Below are positions 9,961 through 18,431 of a stretch of 64,000 nt of DNA, piece after piece; within the stretch, counting starts at the first letter, position 1; each line of letters opens with the position of its first letter. The stretch is from assembly GCA_017454745.1 (NCBI GenBank), contig JAFTCL010000069.1:17826-81825 (forward strand), written 5' to 3'. Under the pieces are notes generated by a model. It had not been told where the DNA came from. It saw only the letters and a list, made by a program, of their open reading frames with translations, and did no database searches. The position numbers were made by a program, and so were the translations under genes. This DNA is from Kiritimatiellia bacterium. Its GTDB lineage: Bacteria; Verrucomicrobiota; Kiritimatiellia; RFP12; UBA1067.

Positions 9961-10938
9961 ATGAAAATCAATCTTAATCGACGCACTTTTTTATCCGTTG
10001 GGACCGGCGCTGTTCTCGCCGCCGAAATCCCCTGGTCTGCCGCTGCCCGTACCCCTGCTCCCGCACAGCTAAAACTTAAACAGCTGGAAATCGAGGTCGG
10101 CGCGAATAAACCGTTTGGCGCGGTACAGGTTTCCGACACCCATCTTACCCGCGTTGACAAACGCGATGACGACCGGAAAATCAAACTGGCGGCAGCCCGC
10201 AACTTCGCGCCGCTCGCTGAGCATTACCTGGACGAGGCCATCCATAACGCAAAAACCAATGGCGATTTGCTGTTGCATACCGGCGACATGATTGATTTCG
10301 TCAGCGCCGCCAACCTTAACTGCGCCGGCGGACATTTCTCCGACGGCGACTGGTTTGTAAGCAGCGGCAACCACGAGTTCAGCAAATACGTTGGCGAGGC
10401 GAAAGAGGACGAAGCTTACAAACAGGACAGTTACAGCAGAGTTCAGGAGGAATACCCGAACGATCTGACGTTCGCCTCCCGCATCGTCAACGGCGTCAAC
10501 TTCGTCGCTTTGGATGACGTGTACTACAACATCACCGAGAAGCAACACGGGTTGTTTGAGAAGGAGATTGAAAAAGGTCTGCCGATCGTGATGATGTGCC
10601 ATGTGCCGCTATACGGGCCAAAACTTTATGACTACGTGATGAGCCACACCAACCAGCGTTGCGCTTACGTTACCGGTGCGCCGCTGGAATGCACGGAAAC
10701 CTACGAAAAAGGTGCCGCCTACCCCGCCGGGCAGGAATGGCGTCACCGGGCCGTACAGCAAAAAACCGACCGGCCGACCGCCGATTTCATCAAATGGCTT
10801 AAAGAGCAGAAGCTGCTGAAAGCGATTCTGTGCGGACATCTCCACCATTTCTTCGAGGAACGTTTTTCACCTACCGCGATGCAATACGTTTGCAGCGCCA
10901 CCTTCAAGGGCGAAGCGTATGCTATCCGTTTCAAGTAA
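9961..10938 (+). CDS. Tat-exported calcineurin-like metallophosphoesterase
   Basis: Twin-arginine signal NRRTFLSVGTGAVLAA. Phosphoesterase motifs VSDTHL, HTGDMIDF, SGNHEF, MMCHVP and CGHLHH. Confidence 0.8.
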   Translation: MKINLNRRTFLSVGTGAVLAAEIPWSAAARTPAPAQLKLKQLEIEVGANKPFGAVQVSDTHLTRVDKRDDDRKIKLAAARNFAPLAEHYLDEAIHNAKTNGDLLLHTGDMIDFVSAANLNCAGGHFSDGDWFVSSGNHEFSKYVGEAKEDEAYKQDSYSRVQEEYPNDLTFASRIVNGVNFVALDDVYYNITEKQHGLFEKEIEKGLPIVMMCHVPLYGPKLYDYVMSHTNQRCAYVTGAPLECTETYEKGAAYPAGQEWRHRAVQQKTDRPTADFIKWLKEQKLLKAILCGHLHHFFEERFSPTAMQYVCSATFKGEAYAIRFK

Positions 10939-10941
10939 ACG

Positions 10942-12984
10942 ATGAAAGAATTCCCGTCCGAATTCGTGCTCCAGTCCAAGTTTCGTCCCACCGGCGACCA
11001 GCCCCAGGCCATTGCGGCGTTATGCGATGGCCTGCTCCACGGCAAACAACGGTTGGTGCTTCAGGGCGTAACCGGATCCGGCAAAACGTTCACGATGGCC
11101 AACCTCATCAAGGCGTGGGGGAAGCAAACGCTGGTGATTTCCCACAACAAAACTCTGGCGGCGCAACTCTACGCCGAGCTGAAATCATTTTTCCCCGACA
11201 ACGCGGTCGAGTATTTTATCAGCTATTACGACTATTACCAGCCCGAAGCCTACATTCCGCAAACCGATACCTACATCGAAAAGGACGCATCGGTTAACGA
11301 TGAAATCGAGCGGTTCCGCCTCGGAGCCACCAATGCCCTGATTGGGCGCAAGGACGTGATTGTGGTTGCATCGGTCTCCTGCATCTACGGTTTGGGCGAG
11401 CCGGAAAGCTACAAGGACATGCTCATCGAGATCCGCGAGGGTCTGGATCTTCAGCGGGAATTGCTTTTGACCGAACTGGTTAACATCCAATATCAGCGCA
11501 ACGATTACGACCCGCAGCCCGGCATGTTCCGTGTGCGGGGCGATACGGTGGACATCTTTCCCTCTTATGACACCAACGCCATCCGCGTGGAATTTTTCGG
11601 GGAAACCATCGATACGTTGAGGGAACTCGATCCCCTCACCGGCCGCACCGGAGACCGTCTGAAATATGCCGTAATTTCTCCGGCGAAGCACTTTGTGTTG
11701 CCCAAAGACCGGATCACCCGCGCGATCGGACGCATTCAGGAAGAATTGGATTCTCAACTCAAGTTCTTTGAATCCAAAAACAAATTTCTGGAGGCACAAC
11801 GGTTGCGCCAGCGCACCGAATTCGATTTGGAAATGCTGCAGAAACTTGGTTACTGCAACGGCATCGAAAACTACTCACGCCATCTCGGCGGACGTCAGGC
11901 CGGGGATCCTCCCGCTTGCCTAATGGACTATTTCAACGGCGATTTCTTAACCATAATCGACGAATCACACGTCACGCTGCCCCAACTCCGGGCAATGTAC
12001 AACGGCGACCAGGCCCGCAAACACGTGTTGGTGGATAATGGGTTCCGGCTGCCGTCGGCTTTGGACAACCGTCCGCTGAATTTTGACGAATTCATGGCCA
12101 AGGTCGGGCCGATTCTCTTTGTCTCCGCCACTCCCGGCGTTTTCGAGCAAAGCCAATCCGACGTCACCGTAGAGCAAATCATCCGACCCACCGGACTGTT
12201 GGATCCGCCGGTAGAGGTCCGGCCGCTGGCGAACCAGATTGACGATCTGATGGAGGAAATCCGCAAAACCGCGGAACGCGGAGACCGCGTTCTGGTGACC
12301 ACCCTCACCAAACGCTCCGCCGAGGATCTTTCCGCCTACCTGCACGAAACCGGCATCCGTGTGGAATATCTGCACAGCGGCATCGATGCCATAGAGCGCG
12401 TGGAAATCCTCGGCCGATTGCGTAGAGGCGACTTCGATTGTCTGGTCGGCATTAATCTGCTGCGCGAAGGTCTGGACTTGCCGGAGGTCGCGCTGGTGGC
12501 GGTGCTGGACGCGGACAAAGAAGGCTTCCTGCGTTCCACCACCTCGCTGATTCAAACTGCGGGACGGACCGCCCGTCACGTCAACGGCAAGGTTATTCTG
12601 TACGCTGACCACATTACCGACGCGATGCGGGAGATGATCGACACCACAGAACGCCGCCGCGCAAAACAAGAGGCGTACAATCGGGAGCACAATATTACCC
12701 CGACCAGCGTCAAACGCGACCAGAACGATTCGCTCGCGATCTACGAAACCGCGCAGAGCATCGAGCGCGGGTCTATCGCGGCAGATTCTCCGGAGACTTA
12801 TGATATCCATCGCGTTATCGGGCATCTGGAGACCGAAATGCTCAAGGCGGCGGACGATTTGGAATTTGAGCGGGCGGCCTTGCTGCGCGATGAAATCAAG
12901 ATTCTGCGGCAAAAACTTGAAAATCCCAAAGGCACCAAACTGTTGCCTTTCACGCCGAAACGCCGCCGCACTTACCGGCGTTGA
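10942..12984 (+). CDS. uvrB: Excinuclease ABC subunit B
   Basis: Walker A GVTGSGKTFT, beta-hairpin region YDYYQPEAYIPQTDTYIEKD, DESHVT, helicase C motifs, and a C-terminal UVR domain (LEFERAALLRDEIKILR). Confidence 0.97.
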   Translation: MKEFPSEFVLQSKFRPTGDQPQAIAALCDGLLHGKQRLVLQGVTGSGKTFTMANLIKAWGKQTLVISHNKTLAAQLYAELKSFFPDNAVEYFISYYDYYQPEAYIPQTDTYIEKDASVNDEIERFRLGATNALIGRKDVIVVASVSCIYGLGEPESYKDMLIEIREGLDLQRELLLTELVNIQYQRNDYDPQPGMFRVRGDTVDIFPSYDTNAIRVEFFGETIDTLRELDPLTGRTGDRLKYAVISPAKHFVLPKDRITRAIGRIQEELDSQLKFFESKNKFLEAQRLRQRTEFDLEMLQKLGYCNGIENYSRHLGGRQAGDPPACLMDYFNGDFLTIIDESHVTLPQLRAMYNGDQARKHVLVDNGFRLPSALDNRPLNFDEFMAKVGPILFVSATPGVFEQSQSDVTVEQIIRPTGLLDPPVEVRPLANQIDDLMEEIRKTAERGDRVLVTTLTKRSAEDLSAYLHETGIRVEYLHSGIDAIERVEILGRLRRGDFDCLVGINLLREGLDLPEVALVAVLDADKEGFLRSTTSLIQTAGRTARHVNGKVILYADHITDAMREMIDTTERRRAKQEAYNREHNITPTSVKRDQNDSLAIYETAQSIERGSIAADSPETYDIHRVIGHLETEMLKAADDLEFERAALLRDEIKILRQKLENPKGTKLLPFTPKRRRTYRR

Positions 12985-12990
12985 AGCAGA

Positions 12991-13893
12991 TCATATTCCG
13001 CGTTCCTTGCGTACTTGCGCCCAAGCCTCGTTCAAACGGGCCATCTGTGCGTTGGCCCTGTCAACCAGCTCTTCCGACAACCCCTGCGCCCGCAAGTGGT
13101 CGGGATGAAGTTGCTTGGCCTTATTGCGGTAGGATTTTTTCAACTCATCGTTGGTCGCGTTTCGCGGGCATCCCAGAATCTGATACGGATCCATTTCTCG
13201 CTCGAAGGCGGACGAGCCGCTATTGGTATGTTTCCGTCCGCCACCGCCGCTTTTACTTGAACCGCCTACGTCGCCGCCATCGTCAAAGCCGCGCCGAGAA
13301 CACTGCCAGTAATACACATAACCGTCAATGTTCAAATATCGCGGCAAATTCTTCAGCATCTCCCGTTCGGCAGTCGACAGTTCACCGTCGGAAACCGCCA
13401 AGTCCCAAAGAATGTCGTAAACCGTTGTGCGCAGATTCTTGGCGGTGCAGCGCTCAAATTCGGCGGCGTATTCGTAAATGGTACGGATGTCGTTTTTCGT
13501 CAAACGGAACACTTCAACGCAATACTTGCGTTTTTCCTCGTCCAACCCCAAACGGGAGAACGCCAGTTCGCAATACTGTATCTCTTCCTTGGACACCCTG
13601 CCGTCCGCTTTCGCCAGCTTGGCAAACATGGAGGCAAGCGCGGCCAACACCACCAACTCCGACTCCACGCTACCGCCACTAAATTTACGGCGGCGTTTGA
13701 CGTCATCTGATTCGCTGCGCGGATTTCCGGCGGAAGAGCCGGTATTCGCGGCATGCGTACCATCTCCCAACACGCTGAAATCAGAATTGTGGTTCTCTAT
13801 CAAGTTGCCTACAACCGCGCCGATGATGCCGCCGAAAATTCCGCCGATTCGAAAGCCGGCATACGCGCCGATTACAGAACCCCACCAACCCAT
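12991..13893 (-). CDS. djlA: DjlA-type co-chaperone (N-terminal Gly-zipper TM segment, TerB-like domain, C-terminal J domain)
   Basis: N-terminal MGWWGSVIGAYAGFRIGGIFGGIIGAVVG. TerB-like middle (LAKADGRVSKEEI...AVSDGELSTAEREML). J domain DPYQILGCPRNATNDELKKSYRNKAKQLHPD. Confidence 0.8.
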   Translation of the reverse strand: MGWWGSVIGAYAGFRIGGIFGGIIGAVVGNLIENHNSDFSVLGDGTHAANTGSSAGNPRSESDDVKRRRKFSGGSVESELVVLAALASMFAKLAKADGRVSKEEIQYCELAFSRLGLDEEKRKYCVEVFRLTKNDIRTIYEYAAEFERCTAKNLRTTVYDILWDLAVSDGELSTAEREMLKNLPRYLNIDGYVYYWQCSRRGFDDGGDVGGSSKSGGGGRKHTNSGSSAFEREMDPYQILGCPRNATNDELKKSYRNKAKQLHPDHLRAQGLSEELVDRANAQMARLNEAWAQVRKERGI

Positions 13894-13911
13894 GACAATT
13901 CTCCGGGGAAA

Positions 13912-15042
13912 CTACACCTTAAAGAAAATTTTGTGCCGATACAAAAAATACAGGAAAAGCCAAACCACCGCCATATACCCGACTGTTGAGACCACTTCGG
14001 TGGCGGTTTTGGGGAACAGCCCGATTACCCCGCGGAAGAAAAAGCGGTTAGCGCGTTCAAAATCGATAAACCGGCTGGCCATGTAAATCGTGATAGAGTT
14101 CATGCCGATTACCCGGAAATAAAGCGTCCACTTTCTCAATTCCAGAACATCGATAATCCAGTAGAAAAGCGCGAACATCGCCAGCGAATACGAAGCCGCC
14201 GCCAATACAAAGGTGCTTGACCACAAAGCTTTGTTTATTGGATACCAGCGGCCCCACACTACAGCAACCACCCCAAAAACAAGTGCCGCGCCAAACATAA
14301 AGAGCGTCTTCTTTCCGCCGGACAAACCACTCTGGCGGTTGCGCACCAACGCACCGGTGAACATCCCCAGCAACGCGGTGGCAATCGCGGGAATCGCGCT
14401 CAGCAACCCTTCGGGGTCGTATTTTGCATTGTAAATATGGTTCGGGAAGAACGTCCGGTCAAACCAACAGCAAATGTTTCCCTCGACCGTAAACGGCGAG
14501 GCGTTCGGATGATCCGGTGCGGCGAAAAACCGCGTCAACGCCCAATAACCGGCCAGAATCAACAGCGTAACCGCGATTCTCGGCCATATTTTTTTCACCC
14601 GCGTCCAGATCAGCGCGGCGAACATCCACGCCAAACCGATACGCCCCAGCACGCTGAAAATCCGCAGGCGGGCGAAATTAAAATCCAGCATGCCGTTGTA
14701 AACCATACCCAATAAAAAGAGAACCAAGCCGCGCCGTATTATGCGCAAAGTGATTTTTGTTTCGCTGCTGCCGTTATCGCGCTGCTTTGCCAACGAAAAA
14801 GGAAAACTGATTCCGGCGATAAAAAGAAACAGCGGGAAAATCGTGTCATGGTGGGCAAAACCGTCCCAACGCACATGCGACATCTGTTTTACCAGCCAGC
14901 ACTCCGGCGAACCGCACAATTTGCAAACCCTCACCACCAGTGCCGACAAACCGGTGATAAACAACATGTCAAATCCGCGCAAAGCGTCTAACGACCACAA
15001 TCTGCCTTCTTTAGTCTGTTCCACGATCATTCCCCCTGTCAT
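13912..15042 (-). CDS. DUF5009 / heparan-alpha-glucosaminide N-acetyltransferase (HGSNAT)-like polytopic membrane acyltransferase
   Basis: RLWSLDALRGFDMLFITG near the N-terminus, HVRWDGFAHHDTIFPLFLFIAGISFPFS, and about 10 further TM segments. The start is ambiguous: ATG 15042 (overlaps the upstream TAA by 1 nt), ATG 15030, or GTG 15024 (GGGGGA 6 nt upstream). The 5' extension to 15144 in the ORF track overlaps the upstream gene and is not used. Confidence 0.8.
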   Translation of the reverse strand: MTGGMIVEQTKEGRLWSLDALRGFDMLFITGLSALVVRVCKLCGSPECWLVKQMSHVRWDGFAHHDTIFPLFLFIAGISFPFSLAKQRDNGSSETKITLRIIRRGLVLFLLGMVYNGMLDFNFARLRIFSVLGRIGLAWMFAALIWTRVKKIWPRIAVTLLILAGYWALTRFFAAPDHPNASPFTVEGNICCWFDRTFFPNHIYNAKYDPEGLLSAIPAIATALLGMFTGALVRNRQSGLSGGKKTLFMFGAALVFGVVAVVWGRWYPINKALWSSTFVLAAASYSLAMFALFYWIIDVLELRKWTLYFRVIGMNSITIYMASRFIDFERANRFFFRGVIGLFPKTATEVVSTVGYMAVVWLFLYFLYRHKIFFKV

Positions 15043-18026
15043 TAGTCCATGAGTTCCCGGCCATTCCGTATGGCCTCGTACACCCGAAGCTCCTGCGTCG
15101 CCCGCTGCCGGTAACGTTCTTCGCGTTCCCGGTCTTTGGCGCAAGGCACAAAACCGTCCATGTCAGCGCGTGGCTGTTCTTGCAATCGTTCGGCGCCCAC
15201 CTTGACCAGCCCGAGCACGGCATCATACGCCTCTCGCTGCGTGTTTTTATCCAATTTGGACAATATCCTGCTGCATTCCGGACGACCGAAATCAAGCTGC
15301 GCCCGTTGCCGCGCCGAATGCGCGTTGGCAATCCTTCCTCCGGTCAATTTCATTATCCGCTGGAGTTCTTCCTTGGTAAGCGGACTGCGTCCGCCGGGAT
15401 TGTTGGGATAAGCCACCTCGTAGCAGGGATAATAAGGCGCGTTGATATCGATCCAGGTTACGATCCGGTCCAGTTCCTCTGGCGAGAGTTTAACGTTGGC
15501 GTGTCCGCCTTCCAACTCGCGCACCAGCTTCGACACGGAGCTCCCCCACGAACGGGCGGGACGAATCTCCGCCGGACCGCCCCCGACGCAACTGATCGCC
15601 CCCAGCGCCCACAGGTCAACGTATGAAACATTGAAGTATGTGTCACGCCCGCCGGACAGGTTAAGTTTATCACCGGCCGGTTTTCCATAATCGTGGCATT
15701 TCACGCAATGGCGGTCAAAGACCGGCTGAACTTCTCGCTGGAACGAAAACAGTCTCGGTTTACCGTACCAACCGTTCAACTTGCTGGCTTTGCGCGACAT
15801 TGCAGACGGCAACCGCGAAATCGGCGGAACGTTCCCCACCCGGCTTTCGTGGCAACCAACGCATCCGTATGTTTCGCCCGGCTGGACATAGGCGCCTGAA
15901 CGCATCGACTGCACCATCTTGCCATCGGCGTCCAACGCCTGGAAATAAACGAAAGTGTTTCCCGGCACCTCGAAATACGCGCTGCCGTCGTCCGCCACCG
16001 GTACCGTGCCCAGAATCCGCTTGTTCTCGAAGCTGTGCCAATTCATCGCCGCAGCCATTTCGCCGTGTCCGTACCATCCCGTAGGACCGGTCCAATTGCG
16101 CTTTTCCGGAGATTCGACAATTCGCAGCGACTTGATTTCGCCGCGCTTCACCCCCTCCATGTGGGTGCCCACATACACGTCCTGCAGATAAAAATAACCC
16201 GGCCCGTTGGGATGGGAATAATCCCGCCGCGTCGGAATCACCGGGGCTGTTTTGGACGCCCGCACCGGCATTGGGCTCCAACACCCCGGCGCCTCAAAAT
16301 AAAACGGCACTTCGTTGCCGAAACGATCCACATAAGCCAATCCCGACTCCTCGCCACGCCCAGTCATCCAGCTGCACAGGAAATGGCCGTCGTCCAACGG
16401 AAACGGGTCGGAGAATTTCAAACCGATACTTTTAGTCGAATCAAAATCTTCTCCGCCGGTGTGGATGCGGTTGCGGTAATCCGCCGGCCACGTCTGAACC
16501 ACCGGGGATTTCCCGTCCACCCCGAGATTACGGTCGATTACGCCCAACGCGCCCCAAGGCCGGTCGTGGCAAGATCCCAGCACCGCAATCACCCGCGAAG
16601 TGCTGCCGCCAATCGGACGGGCATTAATCACGCAACCGGGACTGGTGGTGTTGTTCCCCCAAAAGATCGCGTGCCCGGTACCGTCGGGGTTGCATACCCA
16701 CAACCCTTGGGCATCGCCGAAATTCCGGTCCACATATTCCCAGCGGTCATACAGCACCCTGCCGTCCGGCAACACCGACGAGTGTCCCTCGAACAGCGTC
16801 GATTTGCCAATTTGGATAATGTTGGCACCGTTCGGACGCATACGGAACAGGTTGCACATGATATGACGGTTGCACATGCAATACTTCGGTTCGCGGGTGG
16901 AAGAAAACACGATGTCGCCGTCCGGCAGCCACGCCGGATCAATGTCCGTCACACCTTTGGCGAAGGTGAGCTGGCGCAAACCGCTGCCGTCAACATTAAC
17001 CGTCCAGATCTTGTAGTCCTCATCCTTGCCGGTACGCATGGCGAAAACCACTTTTGTGCCGGAGGAGTCCAGCTCCGGGTCGCGCACTGTGCGCCCCGGC
17101 AACTCCGGCACCACCACCGTGACTTTGCCGGTATTTACGTCCAGTAATTTCAGTGCGCCTTGGGTGACGTATTTGGCTTCGTTAATCTCGCCGCATTGGA
17201 AAAGGGTGGCGGTGTTGTGGTGATCGGAACGGTACTGCCCCCGGGTGGTAAAGAGAATCAGCTGACGGTTCACCAGCGGATTTTCCTTCACCAAAGCCTC
17301 CGCCTGCAACTTTTCCAAACCCTCCGCATCGCCGGCTTCACAAGCGCGGTCGTATGCGGCGCGGAATTCCGTTGCGGGATATTCGGGAAACCTTTTTCCC
17401 AGCTCCTCAAACGCCGCCGGCAATCCGGCAAAACGTTTCATCGCCGCCAGATTTTGGGTTTTTCGCATATCATCAAAATGCTTCGCGGTGGCGGCAGGGT
17501 CGATCCGCCCCTCGCAAACCACCTCGTCCACGGTAACGTGTCCCCAACCGCCGGTCGCCCCGTCGAAGGCACGGAAGAAAACCGGTTTGCCAACCGATTC
17601 CGGCACTTGAATTACCTGCGGATACATGTGCTCGTGGTTGCGTCCGCGCGCAGAAGCCACGACTTTTCCATCGATTGAGCATACTGCGAAGTACACCTTC
17701 TCGCCAGCGCCGCCGCCGACCCGCACCTTAACCTCCGGAGCCGACAGCACCACCACCGGCGAATCTACGATACCGATGAAACCGTCGTACGGGGTTCCGT
17801 TGTCGCGCTCCAAAGTGGAGAGAAACCATCTGCCTTCTTTGGAATAGGGCGATTGCGGAGCGTTGTGCTCCCGTTCCCGCCCGCAAACCAGCTGGCCGAA
17901 CTTTCCTTCCACCACCCGCCAACCCTGCAAATCGCCGCTTTCAAAATCAAAGCGAACCGTCTCCGCCAGCGCCGAGCCAGCGCGGCATAACGTCGCCGCA
18001 AGAACCAACAACCATAACTTTGCCAC
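15042..18026 (-). CDS. Exported PD40-type beta-propeller protein with two CxxCH haem-c motifs (HzsA-like architecture), paralog 1; N-terminal jelly-roll-like module
   Basis: GTG start with an AAGGA RBS and signal peptide AKLWLLVLAATLCRAGSALA. TolB/PD40-like blades (DPAWLPDGDIVFSSTR, LPDGRVLYDRWEYVDR). CVGCH at 15849-15863 and CVKCH at 15693-15707 (VQPVFDRHCVKCHDYG, PSCyt1-like). Clear paralogy to 18421-20928 and 25248-28226. Confidence 0.85.
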   Translation of the reverse strand: MAKLWLLVLAATLCRAGSALAETVRFDFESGDLQGWRVVEGKFGQLVCGREREHNAPQSPYSKEGRWFLSTLERDNGTPYDGFIGIVDSPVVVLSAPEVKVRVGGGAGEKVYFAVCSIDGKVVASARGRNHEHMYPQVIQVPESVGKPVFFRAFDGATGGWGHVTVDEVVCEGRIDPAATAKHFDDMRKTQNLAAMKRFAGLPAAFEELGKRFPEYPATEFRAAYDRACEAGDAEGLEKLQAEALVKENPLVNRQLILFTTRGQYRSDHHNTATLFQCGEINEAKYVTQGALKLLDVNTGKVTVVVPELPGRTVRDPELDSSGTKVVFAMRTGKDEDYKIWTVNVDGSGLRQLTFAKGVTDIDPAWLPDGDIVFSSTREPKYCMCNRHIMCNLFRMRPNGANIIQIGKSTLFEGHSSVLPDGRVLYDRWEYVDRNFGDAQGLWVCNPDGTGHAIFWGNNTTSPGCVINARPIGGSTSRVIAVLGSCHDRPWGALGVIDRNLGVDGKSPVVQTWPADYRNRIHTGGEDFDSTKSIGLKFSDPFPLDDGHFLCSWMTGRGEESGLAYVDRFGNEVPFYFEAPGCWSPMPVRASKTAPVIPTRRDYSHPNGPGYFYLQDVYVGTHMEGVKRGEIKSLRIVESPEKRNWTGPTGWYGHGEMAAAMNWHSFENKRILGTVPVADDGSAYFEVPGNTFVYFQALDADGKMVQSMRSGAYVQPGETYGCVGCHESRVGNVPPISRLPSAMSRKASKLNGWYGKPRLFSFQREVQPVFDRHCVKCHDYGKPAGDKLNLSGGRDTYFNVSYVDLWALGAISCVGGGPAEIRPARSWGSSVSKLVRELEGGHANVKLSPEELDRIVTWIDINAPYYPCYEVAYPNNPGGRSPLTKEELQRIMKLTGGRIANAHSARQRAQLDFGRPECSRILSKLDKNTQREAYDAVLGLVKVGAERLQEQPRADMDGFVPCAKDREREERYRQRATQELRVYEAIRNGRELMD

Positions 18027-18073
18027 TTGCCAATCCTTTTCAAAACTGCCAAACCGTCAAAAGCAACAACGCT

Positions 18074-18102
18074 AATATACACCATCCAACTTCATATTGC
18101 AA
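18074..18102 (-). promoter_or_regulatory. Candidate sigma70-like promoter for paralog 1 (TTGCAA-N17-TATATT on the minus strand)
   Basis: The minus strand reads TTGCAA (18102-18097), a 17-nt spacer, then TATATT (18079-18074). This lies about 48 nt upstream of the GTG start at 18026. Confidence 0.35.
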
Positions 18103-18263
18103 CACTTGAGACGAAGGAATTGTAATCGAACGTCTTCCGTGTGGTGCGGCGCGTTGGGATTATTATTTGCTGCAGTGATCAACGGCTTGTGCCCTATCCC
18201 GAGAACAATCGGAATCTGCACCGTCCTACCCGCGAGCGTATTATCGCTCACCGTACGTGGCGG

Positions 18264-18431
18264 ATGCTGCAGGAAGCACGGGACAAGATCGCGGAGATGG
18301 AAGAGACGGTCAATGACCTGAAGCTCCGCCGGTACGAGCTGAAGAAAGCCCGGCTGGCGACCCTCCACCGCTACGCTGAATTGACGGACATGAGCCAAGA
18401 CGTCTCTGCCGGGACATCCCCTACTCCATGA
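18264..18431 (+). CDS. Candidate small coiled-coil protein (55 aa) or 3' remnant of a lost gene
   Basis: MLQEARDKIAEMEETVNDLKLRRYELKKARLATLHRYAELTDMSQDVSAGTSPTP. Hand-counted third-position G+C is about three quarters (42/55), similar to bona fide genes here, and lower upstream of the ATG. It converges on paralog 2 and overlaps its 3' end by 11 nt. No recognisable family. Confidence 0.25.
   Translation: MLQEARDKIAEMEETVNDLKLRRYELKKARLATLHRYAELTDMSQDVSAGTSPTP

Noticed and set aside
16035-17147. 370-aa plus-strand ORF (plus many 60-170-aa ORFs between 15.1 and 18.1 kb)
   Set aside because: These are antisense or alternate-frame shadows of HzsA-like paralog 1, with low-complexity Arg/Pro-rich translations.
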